DNA of 64,000 nucleotides, taken from the NCBI GenBank assembly GCA_963702205.1, contig OY969724.1:768001-832000 (forward strand), given 5' to 3'. This document shows positions 1-10,282 of this stretch, one piece after another (the first letter of the stretch is position 1; every line of letters begins with the position of its first letter). The translations under genes and the position numbers were made by a program. The notes beneath the pieces are model-generated. The model saw only the letters and a program-made list of their open reading frames with translations. It made no database searches and was not told where the DNA came from. The DNA is from an uncultured candidate division Zixibacteria bacterium (GTDB lineage: Bacteria > Zixibacteria > MSB-5A5 > GN15 > PGXB01).

Positions 1-1254
1 CGTTTTGGCATTAAAGATCATGATCGGCAACGGCATGTTTATGTTGTCGGACAGACTGGAATGGGGAAATCGACACTATTGCTAAACATGCTAGTCCAGG
101 ATATTCAGCGAGGCAAGGGTGTGGCTCTAATCGATCCTCACGGCGATTTAGCAGAACAGCTATTGGATTATATCCCGCAACGACGAATGACCGATGTCAT
201 CTACATCAACCCTGCTGATACTGAGTATCCGGTAGGAATCAATCTGTTTGATGGCGATGAGACAATCGGTCGCCATCTAATAGCCTCGCACCTGGTTGAT
301 ATTTTTAAGAAGATTTGGGCTGATTCCTGGGGGCCTCGGCTGGAGTATATACTGCGGAATACGATTCTCGCCTTACTGGAATGCGGTGGACACACCCTCC
401 TTTCAATTCCCCGGTTGCTTATCGATCCTGAGTTTCGGTCTGTCGTGTTAAATAGGGTTCGCGATCCTGTAGTTAGATCTTTTTGGCAAATAGAATACGA
501 GCTGTATCCTAAAGTTTTTCGAACTGAGACAATATCTCCAATACAAAACAAAGTGGGGCAGTTCCTGTCAGTCCCTGTGATGCGTAATGTACTCGGACAG
601 GTCAGGAACAAGGTCGATTTCCGCATGGCGATGGATTCAAGCAAAATACTGATTGTAAATCTTTCCAAAGGTCAGCTTGGAGAAGATAACTCAAGTCTTC
701 TGGGGTCGTTGATCGTTTCCAAGCTCTTCCTAACAGCTATGTCTCGAGCAAATGTGAAAATTACTGAGAGGAAGCCGTTCGCGATCTATATTGATGAATT
801 TCAGAGCTTTGCATCCGACAATTTTGCTCACACACTATCTGAAATGCGCAAATTTGCCCTTCATTTAGTCTTGGCGCACCAGTACCTGGCCCAGCTACCA
901 CTACAGCTCAAATCTGCCGTATTCGGCAATGTTGGGACAACCATTGCGTTTCGCATAGGGGCTGAGGATGGAGAGTATCTTGAAAAGGAGTATTTTCCCA
1001 TGTTCAGAGCTACAGACTTACAGTCACTCTCTGCTTACGATATCTATGTCAAGTTATCCATCGACGGGAAAACAACTGAAGCCTTTAGTGCTAAGACCTT
1101 GCCGGAACCAGCAATCCATAAAAGTCTAAGGGAAGCACTCATTGAACTGTCACGCATTCGGTATAGTCTGAAGAGGGAAATTGTCCAGGAGAGAATTGCT
1201 CTTTGGATAAGTGATCCAACAAAGGAATATTCGGAGACTATGAAGAGATGGTAA
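1..1254 (+). CDS. VirD4/TraG/TrwB-like type IV secretion coupling ATPase (5' end outside the window)
   Basis: Frame is open from base 1 (RFGIKDHDRQRHVYVVGQTGMGKST). Walker A GQTGMGKS, IDPHGD motif, Walker B IYIDEFQ, and LAHQYLAQL...GNVGT motifs are typical of this family. Confidence 0.85.
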   Translation, partial: RFGIKDHDRQRHVYVVGQTGMGKSTLLLNMLVQDIQRGKGVALIDPHGDLAEQLLDYIPQRRMTDVIYINPADTEYPVGINLFDGDETIGRHLIASHLVDIFKKIWADSWGPRLEYILRNTILALLECGGHTLLSIPRLLIDPEFRSVVLNRVRDPVVRSFWQIEYELYPKVFRTETISPIQNKVGQFLSVPVMRNVLGQVRNKVDFRMAMDSSKILIVNLSKGQLGEDNSSLLGSLIVSKLFLTAMSRANVKITERKPFAIYIDEFQSFASDNFAHTLSEMRKFALHLVLAHQYLAQLPLQLKSAVFGNVGTTIAFRIGAEDGEYLEKEYFPMFRATDLQSLSAYDIYVKLSIDGKTTEAFSAKTLPEPAIHKSLREALIELSRIRYSLKREIVQERIALWISDPTKEYSETMKRW

Positions 1255-1411
1255 GTCGGGGTTCAATCAATACATCCGTCAGTTTACTAATTCTTGAAGT
1301 GTTTTGCTAAGGTTAGCTAATCTTTATAGGTCCGCGCATACTTAACTTATAACAAGAAGTAACCTATCAGAAAGGCTATACAACAAGCTACTCTATGACC
1401 CTAGTAAGGAG

Positions 1412-1606
1412 GTGAGTATGAGAGAATGGAGCGACGAAATGATTCAGAGAACCAAGGATCTATTAAAGGATGACTTTGGCAAAGAACTCTCCACAGAAGA
1501 TGCAATCGAGTGCTTAGATAACATGACCCGCTTCGCGGAAACTCTTATAGAGATATATCAAGAACAGAAAGCCAGGGGGATTGATATTCTCGCAGAGGCC
1601 GACTAG
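1412..1606 (+). CDS. Small acidic helical hypothetical protein
   Basis: AAGGAGG RBS directly upstream, 64 aa, converges on and overlaps the integrase stop. Confidence 0.65.
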   Translation: MSMREWSDEMIQRTKDLLKDDFGKELSTEDAIECLDNMTRFAETLIEIYQEQKARGIDILAEAD

Positions 1607-2619
1607 AAAGGTAACTTGTTTACAGCGGCTTTGTGAATTTCCGGTGACAAATGGGCATACATCATCGTAGTCGAGATATTGGAATGCCCCAGAAGCTCTT
1701 TGATTACCGGGATCGGAACACCTTCCATAGCAAGATGAGATGCGAAGGTGTGGCGCAGGTCATGAAGAGTCCCTTTCATTCCAAGCTCTTTGAGTAGTTC
1801 GGCAAACCGCTTGTAAAGGCGATTCTGACAAACAAAGGGCCGGAATACATGATCATCGGCTTTCCTACCTTTGAGCAACTTCGTGAATACTTTCTTCAAC
1901 TCAGCTGTCATAGGGATTGTACGCGGTCGCTTTCCCTTAGGTGAATACTCACCGTATGGCCACACTCGTATACTGTCACTCTTTAGATCGACATCTCGAC
2001 AGCGGAGATGAAAGAGCTCCCCTCTCCGCATACCAGTCGAAACAAGAATCTGAATTCCCGTCTGTACATCTGGATCGGCAATATGTAGGAGCTTGGCAAT
2101 ATCGTCTTTGCTAAAGAAGTTAAACGTCTTGACAATCTTGGGGACCGACATGTTAGCAATAGGATTTTTGTCAATCAGGTCCCACTCTACTGCCTTGTTC
2201 ATTGCCGTTTTGAGAAACGAGATGTAGTTCTTGATCGTTTTAGGCTTTCGACCTTCCAACTCCTCGGCTCTGAATGTATCTACTAGATTAGGAGTGATAC
2301 TGGCAAGATGGCGAATTCCATTCTTCACGAAGAAATTGTGCCACGCCCGCAGACGGGAAATATCAGGGTGGCGGTCAACGGTACTGCCATTGCGGAAATA
2401 GGCTTCGTACCTCTGGAAAAACTCCGTCACTGACGACTTGCGTCCGGTGAGCTTTTTGGCTCCAATCTCGCCCTTGAAGAGCTTGACCTTCAGATCTTCC
2501 AGCTTGACTAGAGCATGCTGTTTGTTTGAAGTACCGGTCGATATCCGAAATCTCTTGCTATTGATCCGGTAGTCAATCCAGTAAATCCCATGTCTTTGAA
2601 ATAGACTTGCCATGGACAC
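1603..2619 (-). CDS. int: Tyrosine recombinase / phage-type integrase
   Basis: Catalytic motifs TGMRRGE (R), PKGKR (K), HDLRH, LLGH and TTMMYAH (Y). N-terminal arm-binding-like segment YWIDYRINSKRFRISTGT. Confidence 0.93.
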   Translation of the reverse strand: MSMASLFQRHGIYWIDYRINSKRFRISTGTSNKQHALVKLEDLKVKLFKGEIGAKKLTGRKSSVTEFFQRYEAYFRNGSTVDRHPDISRLRAWHNFFVKNGIRHLASITPNLVDTFRAEELEGRKPKTIKNYISFLKTAMNKAVEWDLIDKNPIANMSVPKIVKTFNFFSKDDIAKLLHIADPDVQTGIQILVSTGMRRGELFHLRCRDVDLKSDSIRVWPYGEYSPKGKRPRTIPMTAELKKVFTKLLKGRKADDHVFRPFVCQNRLYKRFAELLKELGMKGTLHDLRHTFASHLAMEGVPIPVIKELLGHSNISTTMMYAHLSPEIHKAAVNKLPF

Positions 2620-2652
2620 AATATAAAAACTTCAGTCCACTTTCGCAAGATC

Positions 2653-2711
2653 ATTGTGACCAAATTGTGACCACAATCGTTGTAAGTTATTGGTAGTTAT
2701 TCGGTGTTATT
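2653..2711. repeat. Putative integrase arm-type / accessory-factor binding repeats in the att region
   Basis: ATTGTGACCA at 2653 and 2664, and GTTATT at 2686, 2696 and 2706 (10-bp period), between int and the ssrA 3' end. Confidence 0.55.
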
Positions 2712-2789
2712 CGAACCCGACTAGGCGCAAAAGTGCCCTTATTTCAGGCACTTAGCGTTGATTTTCAATGACTTAGGGAAAAATAAAAA

Positions 2790-3148
2790 TGGTGGAGGTG
2801 GGGGGAATCGAACCCCCGTCCGAAAAAGGCGCCAGAATGTCTTCTACGTGCGTAGCCGTCCTTTTATTCTCGCCTCCTCCCCTGCCGGACAGCAGGCCAG
2901 AGAGAAGGCCAGCCTTTGTGATTTTCGTCCGGCCTTAAAGGCGTCGGCCAGCTTAGCCTTTCTGATCGACGCTCACTCCCGGTCCGGAAAGGCGACAAAC
3001 CGGGCGAGCGGGCACCTAATCTAAGTTAGGCAGCCATGGCGTAATTGTATTCGCCAGATATTGTGTTTACCGGATAGTTTACGAGTTATCCGATGATCTC
3101 GGCACGCCGACAGACCCTCACCTGATCCGTCGAAACCTTTTCACCCCC
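2790..3148 (-). ncRNA. ssrA: tmRNA; tag peptide (A)GEYNYAMAA encoded at 3055-3026
   Basis: 5' GGGGGTG pairs with 3' CACCTCC-ACCA including a G3:U wobble. T-arm GGGGGTTCGATTCCCCC. Internal frame GGC GAA TAC AAT TAC GCC ATG GCT GCC TAA. Confidence 0.96.
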
Positions 3149-3374
3149 ATAACTGAGAGGCTATTCGATTCGGCGTGAAGACCTGCTAATAGCCATAATA
3201 CCTATTGGCAATATAACAATACCGCCGAAGTTGTCAATTGTTTCAAATTCGGATGTAAAAAACTTCAAATTTCTTCGCGGCAAGTCTTCTTTTTGCACGG
3301 TTTTTTTATTAAATTCATTGCCTGTATATAACCGCGCAGCGCGGCACATTTTATCGGCCCGCCGAGGAGACAAT

Positions 3375-5543
3375 ATGACGTTCGACAAACATAGATTTTT
3401 CATCGCGGCCATCCTGTTGGTCCTCGTTCTGGTCGCGGGATGCAGTAAAAACACCGGACAGGTCACCGACTCAGGAACCACAGCAACGATTGATTTCTTG
3501 AGCAGTCCGGTCTATTACCGAGCCGGTGAAACCCCGCAGGAAATAGCTACGGCCGATTTCGACGGCGACGGCAGCGTCGATATCGCCATGACGGATTTCG
3601 GCGGCGATGCGGTTTCGGTGCTTTATAACAACGGCGACGGCGGTTTCCGCCAAACCGATACTTACGAGTCCGGCAATGAACCGTGGGCGCTGTGCACGGC
3701 CGATTTCGATGGCGACGGTGACCTCGATATCGCGGTAGCGGTCAGAAAATCAAGTGTCGTTTATATATTCTTAAACGACGGCCACGCCGTCTTCACGAAA
3801 GCTCCCATAGTCGTGGCGGGTCAGACGCCGCAGGCCGTGTTTGCGGCCGACTATAACGGTGATGAAAACGTCGATCTGGCGATCGGGCTTTATGAACCGG
3901 GACTTATCAGGATTGTACCGGGCAATGGCGACGGGACTTTCGGCAACGGCGTCAATTATTATGTCGGTCTCGGTCCGACGTCGCTGACCGCCTGTGACTT
4001 CGACGGCGACGACGATTTGGATATATTCGCGACGCTTTACGATGCCGACAGCATCGCGGTGCTTCGCAACAACGGTGGATCGTTTGCAGTCGGAGCGCGT
4101 CTTCCGGCCGACAACGGGCCCTATGGCATCGCGTCGGGACTGATCAACGATGACGATATATCAGACCTGGCGGTGGCCAACTATAATTCCGCCGATTTAA
4201 CCGTCCTCTATGGCGACGGTGCCGGGGGGTTCACGGGGCCGTTATACTACATTGCCGGAACCGGTCCGCGCTCGATAGCGATCGCTCCGATGGATGATAA
4301 CACGTCGAATGACGTCATCTTCACCAATTCGATAAGCAACACGGCCATTATATATTACAACGACGGCGAAGGGGAATTTGTCCGCCAGACCACATTCCAG
4401 ACCGGCGAGAGCCCGTATTCGGTAGCCGTCGGAGATTTCGATGGTCAGTACGGTCTCGACGTCGTCGTGGGGAATCTCGATTCGCGCAGTTTGTCCATTT
4501 ATATGCACGATAGCCCGACAACTTTCGCGACGCGCAACGATTACGACGGCATTGCCGGGGCGCGGTCGGTGGTGGCGGCGGATTTTAACAATGACGGCTA
4601 TTGCGATATGGCCGCCGTGGCAGCTCTCGATGACAGTCTCCTGGTGATTGCATACGACTTTGAAGGTACGTATGCCATGCCCGTGGAAATGCCGACCGGC
4701 ACCTACCCCTGGGGTCTGGATGCGTGCGATATCGATAATGATTCATACACGGAACTTATCGTCAGCAGTAATTCCGATGATATCGTCTCCGTGTTTCCGA
4801 ACGATCACGGTACATTAGGAGCGGCCGTAAGCTATTCAACCGACGATCTCCCCCGCTCGCTGGTAGTGCAGGACCTGGATCACGACGGCGACAGCGACCT
4901 GGTTGTGGGTAATTCTCAGACCAACACGGCCATGGTGCGATTGAACAACGGCGACGGAACTCTGGCCGGACCGATATCGTACTATGTCGGTTCCAGTCCG
5001 TTCGGCGTAACCGCGGCGAAAATAAATAATGACGATTATTATGACATTGTCACGGCCAATTACGGCGCCGACAGCATTTCCGTGCTTATCAACGACGGCA
5101 ATAACAATTTCGAAGACCGGACCGATTACGCAGTCGGTTCGCTGCCGCGGGCGGTGGTTTCGGGAGATTTCGACGGCGACGGGGATTTTGACCTGGCCGT
5201 CTCAAGTTATAATGACGGTACAGTAATGGTCTTGTATAACGACGGTTCCGGTCAGTACAATTCCGCGGTGTCATACAATACCGGTGCCGGGTGTTCCGGT
5301 CTTTTTGTCGATGATCTCGATTCGCAAAACGGTCCGGATATTCTGGCTGCCAATACCCTGGCCGGGACGATTACGTATCTGGCCAACGACGGTTCCGGCT
5401 CCTTTAATAAAGCCAATCTCAATATCGGCGGCGCGCCGGTATCGGTCGCTACCGATGACGTCGACGGTGATGGCTTAAAAGACGTTTTGGTCGTCGATCG
5501 CGACAATAATCGGGTCGCGATCCTGTTCAATACTTCACATTGA
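3375..5543 (+). CDS. FG-GAP/VCBS repeat lipoprotein (probable double beta-propeller)
   Basis: AGGAGA RBS before ATG 3375, lipobox LVAG-C, many DFDGDGDxD..NxGDGxF repeats. Confidence 0.88.
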   Translation: MTFDKHRFFIAAILLVLVLVAGCSKNTGQVTDSGTTATIDFLSSPVYYRAGETPQEIATADFDGDGSVDIAMTDFGGDAVSVLYNNGDGGFRQTDTYESGNEPWALCTADFDGDGDLDIAVAVRKSSVVYIFLNDGHAVFTKAPIVVAGQTPQAVFAADYNGDENVDLAIGLYEPGLIRIVPGNGDGTFGNGVNYYVGLGPTSLTACDFDGDDDLDIFATLYDADSIAVLRNNGGSFAVGARLPADNGPYGIASGLINDDDISDLAVANYNSADLTVLYGDGAGGFTGPLYYIAGTGPRSIAIAPMDDNTSNDVIFTNSISNTAIIYYNDGEGEFVRQTTFQTGESPYSVAVGDFDGQYGLDVVVGNLDSRSLSIYMHDSPTTFATRNDYDGIAGARSVVAADFNNDGYCDMAAVAALDDSLLVIAYDFEGTYAMPVEMPTGTYPWGLDACDIDNDSYTELIVSSNSDDIVSVFPNDHGTLGAAVSYSTDDLPRSLVVQDLDHDGDSDLVVGNSQTNTAMVRLNNGDGTLAGPISYYVGSSPFGVTAAKINNDDYYDIVTANYGADSISVLINDGNNNFEDRTDYAVGSLPRAVVSGDFDGDGDFDLAVSSYNDGTVMVLYNDGSGQYNSAVSYNTGAGCSGLFVDDLDSQNGPDILAANTLAGTITYLANDGSGSFNKANLNIGGAPVSVATDDVDGDGLKDVLVVDRDNNRVAILFNTSH

Positions 5544-5691
5544 TAGGATTTTGCACGATTTCAATGCGGTTGTGCCATCCCTGAACATTGCTCCCGTTTG
5601 AAACAGGCAAAACGCCGGAATTCGTATTTTCCCCAATTGCAATTTTCATATAACTATCCTCGATATCTGCACTTACGATTTAGTCGTTGGT

Positions 5692-5708
5692 TCGGCGCGG
5701 TTTTTGAC
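5692..5708 (+). promoter_or_regulatory. Possible sigma54 (-24/-12) promoter
   Basis: TCGGCGCGGTTTTTGAC resembles YTGGCACGNNNNTTGCW, about 50 bp upstream of the FN3 gene. The -12 element is imperfect. Confidence 0.3.
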
Positions 5709-5758
5709 ATTGTTCAATATCGCTAATTGAAACAGCCACACTTTGTAAGGGGTATTGA

Positions 5759-7504
5759 ATGAGAGTTGCAAGCAAGATCCTTTACACGAACGCGTCGGGA
5801 TTCGGGAGACTTCTTCTTTCGATACTGACCGTATTTCTCGCCCTGGCCGCTTTCACCGGCGGCGCCCTTGCTCAGGAGGCCACCCAGACCTCCATCACTC
5901 TGACATGGACCGCGCCCGGCGACGATGGTGATATCGGGACCGCTACGGCTTATGATATCCGTTATTCATTGTCGTCGATCAACGCGTCCAACTGGAACGA
6001 CGCAACTCAAGTGACCGGAGAACCGTCGCCCCAGACCGCCGGCAATGCCGAAAGTTTTACCGTGACCGGGCTCACTCCCGGGACACTGTACTACTTTGCC
6101 GTCAAAGCCGGAGATGAAGCCGATAACTGGTCGAGCCTTTCCAACGTGGTCAGTCGATCCACGCTGGACGAGTCCGATCCGCCGGCTGCCGTCGCCAACC
6201 TGATCGTCAACGGCACCGGCGAAACATCCGTAACCCTTAACTGGACCGCACCCGGTGACGATGGTACAACCGGGACGGCGTCGGAGTACGACGTCCGTTA
6301 TGCTGTGTCGCCGATCACAACTTTGAACTGGGATGCGGCTGTGCAGGCCACGGGTGAACCGTCGCCGCAGGCCGCTGGCAGCAGTGAATCGTTTACGGTG
6401 ACCGGTCTCAACGCGAGTACGACATATTATTTCGCGATCAAGACCGCCGATGAGGTGCCCAACTGGTCCGACCTGTCCAACGTCGTGTCGGGCACGACCA
6501 ATGCGGAAACCAATGCACCGACGGCTATTGCCGACGTTGCGATCAGCGCCTCCGATGCGACCAGCGTGACAATTACCTGGACCGCCACCGGTGACGATGG
6601 TACAACCGGGACGGCATCGGAGTACGATATCCGTTATGCCACTACGCCGATCACAACGGCCAACTGGAATTCCGCTTCACAGGCGACCGGCGAGCCGGCT
6701 CCGAAGGCTTCCGGTTCCGCCGAAAACTTCACGATCGACAATTTAAGCTCCGGCACGAGTTACTACTTCGCTATCCGTGTGGCGGATGAGGTGCCCAACT
6801 GGTCGGATATTTCCAACGTGGTTGATACCACGACAACCGACGTTACCCCGCCGGCGGCGATCAATGACCTGAGTGCCGTGACCGGTGTAGATAACGGCGA
6901 GATTGATCTTAGCTGGACGGCGCCGGGCGACAACGGCAACAGCGGCGCGGCCAGTTTTTATGTGATCGTTTATTCCGAAGATAGTATTACCGAATCTAAT
7001 TGGGATCAGGCTGACCTTTGGGTCAGCCCTCCCATCCCGCAACAGGCCGGGCAGGCCGAAAGTATTACTTTGACCGGCTTGACTCCGGCGACGACGTACT
7101 GCGTGGCTGTCAAATCCGCCGATGAGGCCCTCAATATGTCGGCGATGTCAAACTGTCCGTCGGCCGAAGCTTATTTCGATCTCAGTCTGGACATCGACGA
7201 TGACGACGGCTTGACCACCGTGCCGACCGAGTTTCATATTTCACAGAACTATCCCAACCCGTTTAACCCGACGACGACCATTAGGTATTCGGTCCCGGCG
7301 TACGCACACGTTACGATACACATATATAATATTTTGGGGCAGTTAACCGCGACGCTGGTCGATGAACCCAAAGCACCGGGTCAATACGCGGCCGAGTGGG
7401 ACGGTGTCGATGACAGCGGACGACCGGCGGCCTCGGGCGTTTATATGTATCGCCTCGAAACCGATGGCTACACGGCCAGCAGGAAGATGCTGCTGCTGCA
7501 GTAG
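5759..7504 (+). CDS. Secreted protein with four fibronectin type III repeats and a T9SS type A/FlgD-like C-terminal domain
   Basis: Signal peptide, four WTAxGDxG...Y..RY...NW..A repeats, and C-terminal QNYPNPFNPTT...WDG.D..G...SGVY.Y.L...RKMLLL. Confidence 0.88.
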   Translation: MRVASKILYTNASGFGRLLLSILTVFLALAAFTGGALAQEATQTSITLTWTAPGDDGDIGTATAYDIRYSLSSINASNWNDATQVTGEPSPQTAGNAESFTVTGLTPGTLYYFAVKAGDEADNWSSLSNVVSRSTLDESDPPAAVANLIVNGTGETSVTLNWTAPGDDGTTGTASEYDVRYAVSPITTLNWDAAVQATGEPSPQAAGSSESFTVTGLNASTTYYFAIKTADEVPNWSDLSNVVSGTTNAETNAPTAIADVAISASDATSVTITWTATGDDGTTGTASEYDIRYATTPITTANWNSASQATGEPAPKASGSAENFTIDNLSSGTSYYFAIRVADEVPNWSDISNVVDTTTTDVTPPAAINDLSAVTGVDNGEIDLSWTAPGDNGNSGAASFYVIVYSEDSITESNWDQADLWVSPPIPQQAGQAESITLTGLTPATTYCVAVKSADEALNMSAMSNCPSAEAYFDLSLDIDDDDGLTTVPTEFHISQNYPNPFNPTTTIRYSVPAYAHVTIHIYNILGQLTATLVDEPKAPGQYAAEWDGVDDSGRPAASGVYMYRLETDGYTASRKMLLLQ

Positions 7505-7529
7505 AATATATATGAATAAATAATTAAGC

Positions 7530-8843
7530 CTATTTCACCCGCGCCGTGATATAATCCGGGATTTCGGCCAGTTTGTGGCGGGTCTGCTCCATTGAGTCGC
7601 GGTCGCGGATAGTAACCGTCTCGTCCTCGGCGGTCTGACCGTCGATCGTGAGGCAGTACGGACACCCGGCTTCATCCATGCGGGCGTAGCGGCGGCCGAT
7701 CGAGCCGGAGTCGTCGTAGAAGACCTTGAATTTCTTTTTAAGTTCGTCGTAGAGCTTTGTCGCTATTTCCGGCATTCCGTCTTTTTTGACCAAAGGCAAA
7801 ACAGCGGCTTTGAGCGGTGCGATTTTAGGCGAGAATTTCATCACCGCCGACTTTTCCCCGCGCGTTTCATCTTCGACATAGGCGTCGACCAGAACCGTCA
7901 ACAGGGTGCGGTCGCACCCGGCCGAGGTTTCGATGATATATGGAATAAACTGTTCGTTGGTACCGCTGTCGATATAGAGCATTTTCTTGCCGGTCGCTTC
8001 CTGATGACGGCTCAGGTCGAAATCGGTCCGGTTGTGGATGCCTTCGAGCTCTTTCCAGCCGAACGGGAATTCGTACTCGATGTCATACGCTTTCTTGGCG
8101 TAGTGCGCGAGGTCGTTCGGCCCGTGCTCGTGCCAGCGCATTTTCGATTCGGTGATGCCGAGATCACGATACCACGCCCAGCGCTGTTCGCGCCAGTACT
8201 CGAACCATTTGTCGTCCTCGGACGGTTTGATGAAGTACTGCATTTCCATCTGCTCGAACTCACGGGTGCGGAAAATGAAATTGCCGGGGGTGATTTCATT
8301 GCGGAAGGCTTTGCCGATCTGCGCAATACCGAACGGCACCTTCTGCCGCGAGGAATTTTTCACGTTCAGGAAATTGACGTATATCCCCTGGGCCGTCTCG
8401 GGCCGTAGGTACACTACCGCCGACTCATCCTCGACCGGTCCCATGAACGTCTTGAACATCAGGTTGAAATTGCGGGGCTCGGTGAGCGTCTTATTGCCGC
8501 AGGTCGGGCATTTGGTCGGATCGGCCAGTTCATCGGCGCGGAAACGGGATTTGCACGTCTTGCAGTCGATCAGCGGATCGGTGAATTCATCGATATGCCC
8601 CGACGTGCGCCAGACTTCGGGGTGCATCAGTATGGCGGCGTCGAGGCCTTCAATATCATCGCGGCGGTTGGTCATGGCGTTCCACCAGAAGTTTTTGATG
8701 TTGCGCTTGAGCTCGGCCCCGAGAGGACCGTAATCCCAGCATGAGTTAAGACCGCCGTAGATTTCAGATGATTGAAAGATGAACCCGCGTCGTTTGCACA
8801 GCGAAACTAACCTGTCCATTTTATCGTTGGTATTTTTGGCCAT
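7530..8843 (-). CDS. glyQS: Glycine--tRNA ligase (homodimeric alpha2 type)
   Basis: LRPETAQG, FRNEITPGNFIFRTREFEQME and IETSAGCDR motifs. Confidence 0.97.
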   Translation of the reverse strand: MAKNTNDKMDRLVSLCKRRGFIFQSSEIYGGLNSCWDYGPLGAELKRNIKNFWWNAMTNRRDDIEGLDAAILMHPEVWRTSGHIDEFTDPLIDCKTCKSRFRADELADPTKCPTCGNKTLTEPRNFNLMFKTFMGPVEDESAVVYLRPETAQGIYVNFLNVKNSSRQKVPFGIAQIGKAFRNEITPGNFIFRTREFEQMEMQYFIKPSEDDKWFEYWREQRWAWYRDLGITESKMRWHEHGPNDLAHYAKKAYDIEYEFPFGWKELEGIHNRTDFDLSRHQEATGKKMLYIDSGTNEQFIPYIIETSAGCDRTLLTVLVDAYVEDETRGEKSAVMKFSPKIAPLKAAVLPLVKKDGMPEIATKLYDELKKKFKVFYDDSGSIGRRYARMDEAGCPYCLTIDGQTAEDETVTIRDRDSMEQTRHKLAEIPDYITARVK

Positions 8844-8869
8844 GACTTTTCCGTTTCTATATGAGTATT

Positions 8870-9661
8870 TTAAAATTTCGTGTTTTTCAGTTTTTCCAGA
8901 AATTCCAGCGAGCGCAAATCTTTGGCGCCGGTCTGGTATTTCATAAACGCCGTCAATACTTCGAGCAGTTCCTCACCGTCTCCAAGCGTTACTTTTATCC
9001 CCGCCGCTTCGGCCAGCGAAGCCGTCTGCAATTGGCGCAGCGTTTCCAGCTGTTCGGCCGGAAGCTTAATATAATATTCTCCGGGACTTTGGCAAGCGCC
9101 GCATACCACCCCGCCGCGTTCGGGCGAGACGGTCACGTAATTTTTGCCATCGGAATTGGAATAGGTCAGTCCCTCACCGGCACAGCCGACACACCCCGAG
9201 AAATTGGGACCGTAGCCGAGATACGACAGCGCTCGGATGAAATAGGCCAGGAAAACCGAAACAAGCGAGCCTTTGGCGGCCGAATCCATCAGCCGCAGGA
9301 ACCGCATGGTCAGATGATATAGCCCGGTCTGGGCCTCGTTTTCCGGGAGCAGGTCGTTTAGTATTTCAACCGCCGCCGAGGCGAAAGTCAGCCGTCCGAG
9401 CGTGCCGTCTTTCTCGAATGTAAACGCTTCGCGGATATCGGTTTCACCCAAATGGCCCAGCTCGCTTTTTTCGGATACGAAATAAGAAATTTCCAGACGG
9501 CAGAAATTGACCAGCCGTCCCCGCTTGCTTTTGAGCGACCGTCCGCCCCTGTCTACGACCGAGATTTTGCCGTAATTGTCGGTGAAGATCGAGACGATTC
9601 GCGATTGTTCTTTCCAGTTGACCGAGCGAAGGATAATTCCCTCTGACTTGACATTGGGCAT
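8870..9661 (-). CDS. recO: DNA repair protein RecO
   Basis: N-terminal OB-fold (EGIILRS...IVSIFT..YGKI) and CxxC...CxxC zinc motif. Confidence 0.92.
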   Translation of the reverse strand: MPNVKSEGIILRSVNWKEQSRIVSIFTDNYGKISVVDRGGRSLKSKRGRLVNFCRLEISYFVSEKSELGHLGETDIREAFTFEKDGTLGRLTFASAAVEILNDLLPENEAQTGLYHLTMRFLRLMDSAAKGSLVSVFLAYFIRALSYLGYGPNFSGCVGCAGEGLTYSNSDGKNYVTVSPERGGVVCGACQSPGEYYIKLPAEQLETLRQLQTASLAEAAGIKVTLGDGEELLEVLTAFMKYQTGAKDLRSLEFLEKLKNTKF

Positions 9662-9676
9662 GGTAAAAAGCCCGGC

Positions 9677-10039
9677 CTATTCTTTGAGCCGGTAGATAAT
9701 TTCACCTTCGCGGGCGAAATAATGGCGGGTGCGGGCGACGTATTCGATAAATTTCATATCGCCGTTGAGCCGTTTGACGGTGTATTCGGCGTCGACGAGA
9801 TCGGCCAGGAGCTCCTTGTTGCGCTGTTCGAGGCGGTGTTTCTGGATGTGCAGCCGGGCGATGCGGATGAACCCGGTCGGTCCGGAGAAGAACGAATAAA
9901 CCGTAAAAATAGCGACAATCACAACCAGCACGCGCAGCGCTTTGCGGCGCAGACGGACGTCGGTATTGGACAGCCGCTTGCGGAGGTTTTGGGTAAGCGG
10001 CGCCAGAAACGATTTATTTTTGTTTTTCCGGACGGGCAT
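9677..10039 (-). CDS. ftsB: Septum formation initiator (FtsB/DivIC family)
   Basis: One TM helix, a coiled coil, and the IEYVAR....AREGEIIY motif. Confidence 0.8.
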   Translation of the reverse strand: MPVRKNKNKSFLAPLTQNLRKRLSNTDVRLRRKALRVLVVIVAIFTVYSFFSGPTGFIRIARLHIQKHRLEQRNKELLADLVDAEYTVKRLNGDMKFIEYVARTRHYFAREGEIIYRLKE

Positions 10040-10282
10040 TTGTCTCCTGTCAGTAGACTCGAAATTTAACAAAGATAAAAGATTTAAGGCAAGGGAAATA
10101 TTTTCGGGGGGGAGATGAGCTCCAAATGGTTAATTTCCTTTGAAATGGAAAAGATATAATATATATTTTTATAGAGTCACAGGCTTTCACGAATATTTGG
10201 TAATTGCAGGTTTCATAAACCACGAATTTCGGGCAAAAATACTAAAAGCAATAGGTTGATTGTCAATTGAGGTCGATACCCA

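Larger units (their letters stand above)
1..2789. mobile_element. Right-hand end of an integrative element (ICE/IME-like) inserted at the 3' end of tmRNA
   Basis: Tyrosine integrase lies immediately downstream of the tmRNA CCA end. Coupling ATPase cargo, visibly lower GC than the backbone, and arm-type-like repeats between ssrA and int. Confidence 0.8.

Noticed and set aside
2758..3024. 88-aa ORF on the + strand
   Set aside because: It is antisense to tmRNA and is a typical spurious call.
8004..8733. Long antisense or alternate-frame ORFs over glyQS and many other GC-rich genes (e.g. 38524-39757, 46748-47893, 55783-56604)
   Set aside because: Shadow ORFs produced by codon bias of the real genes on the opposite strand.
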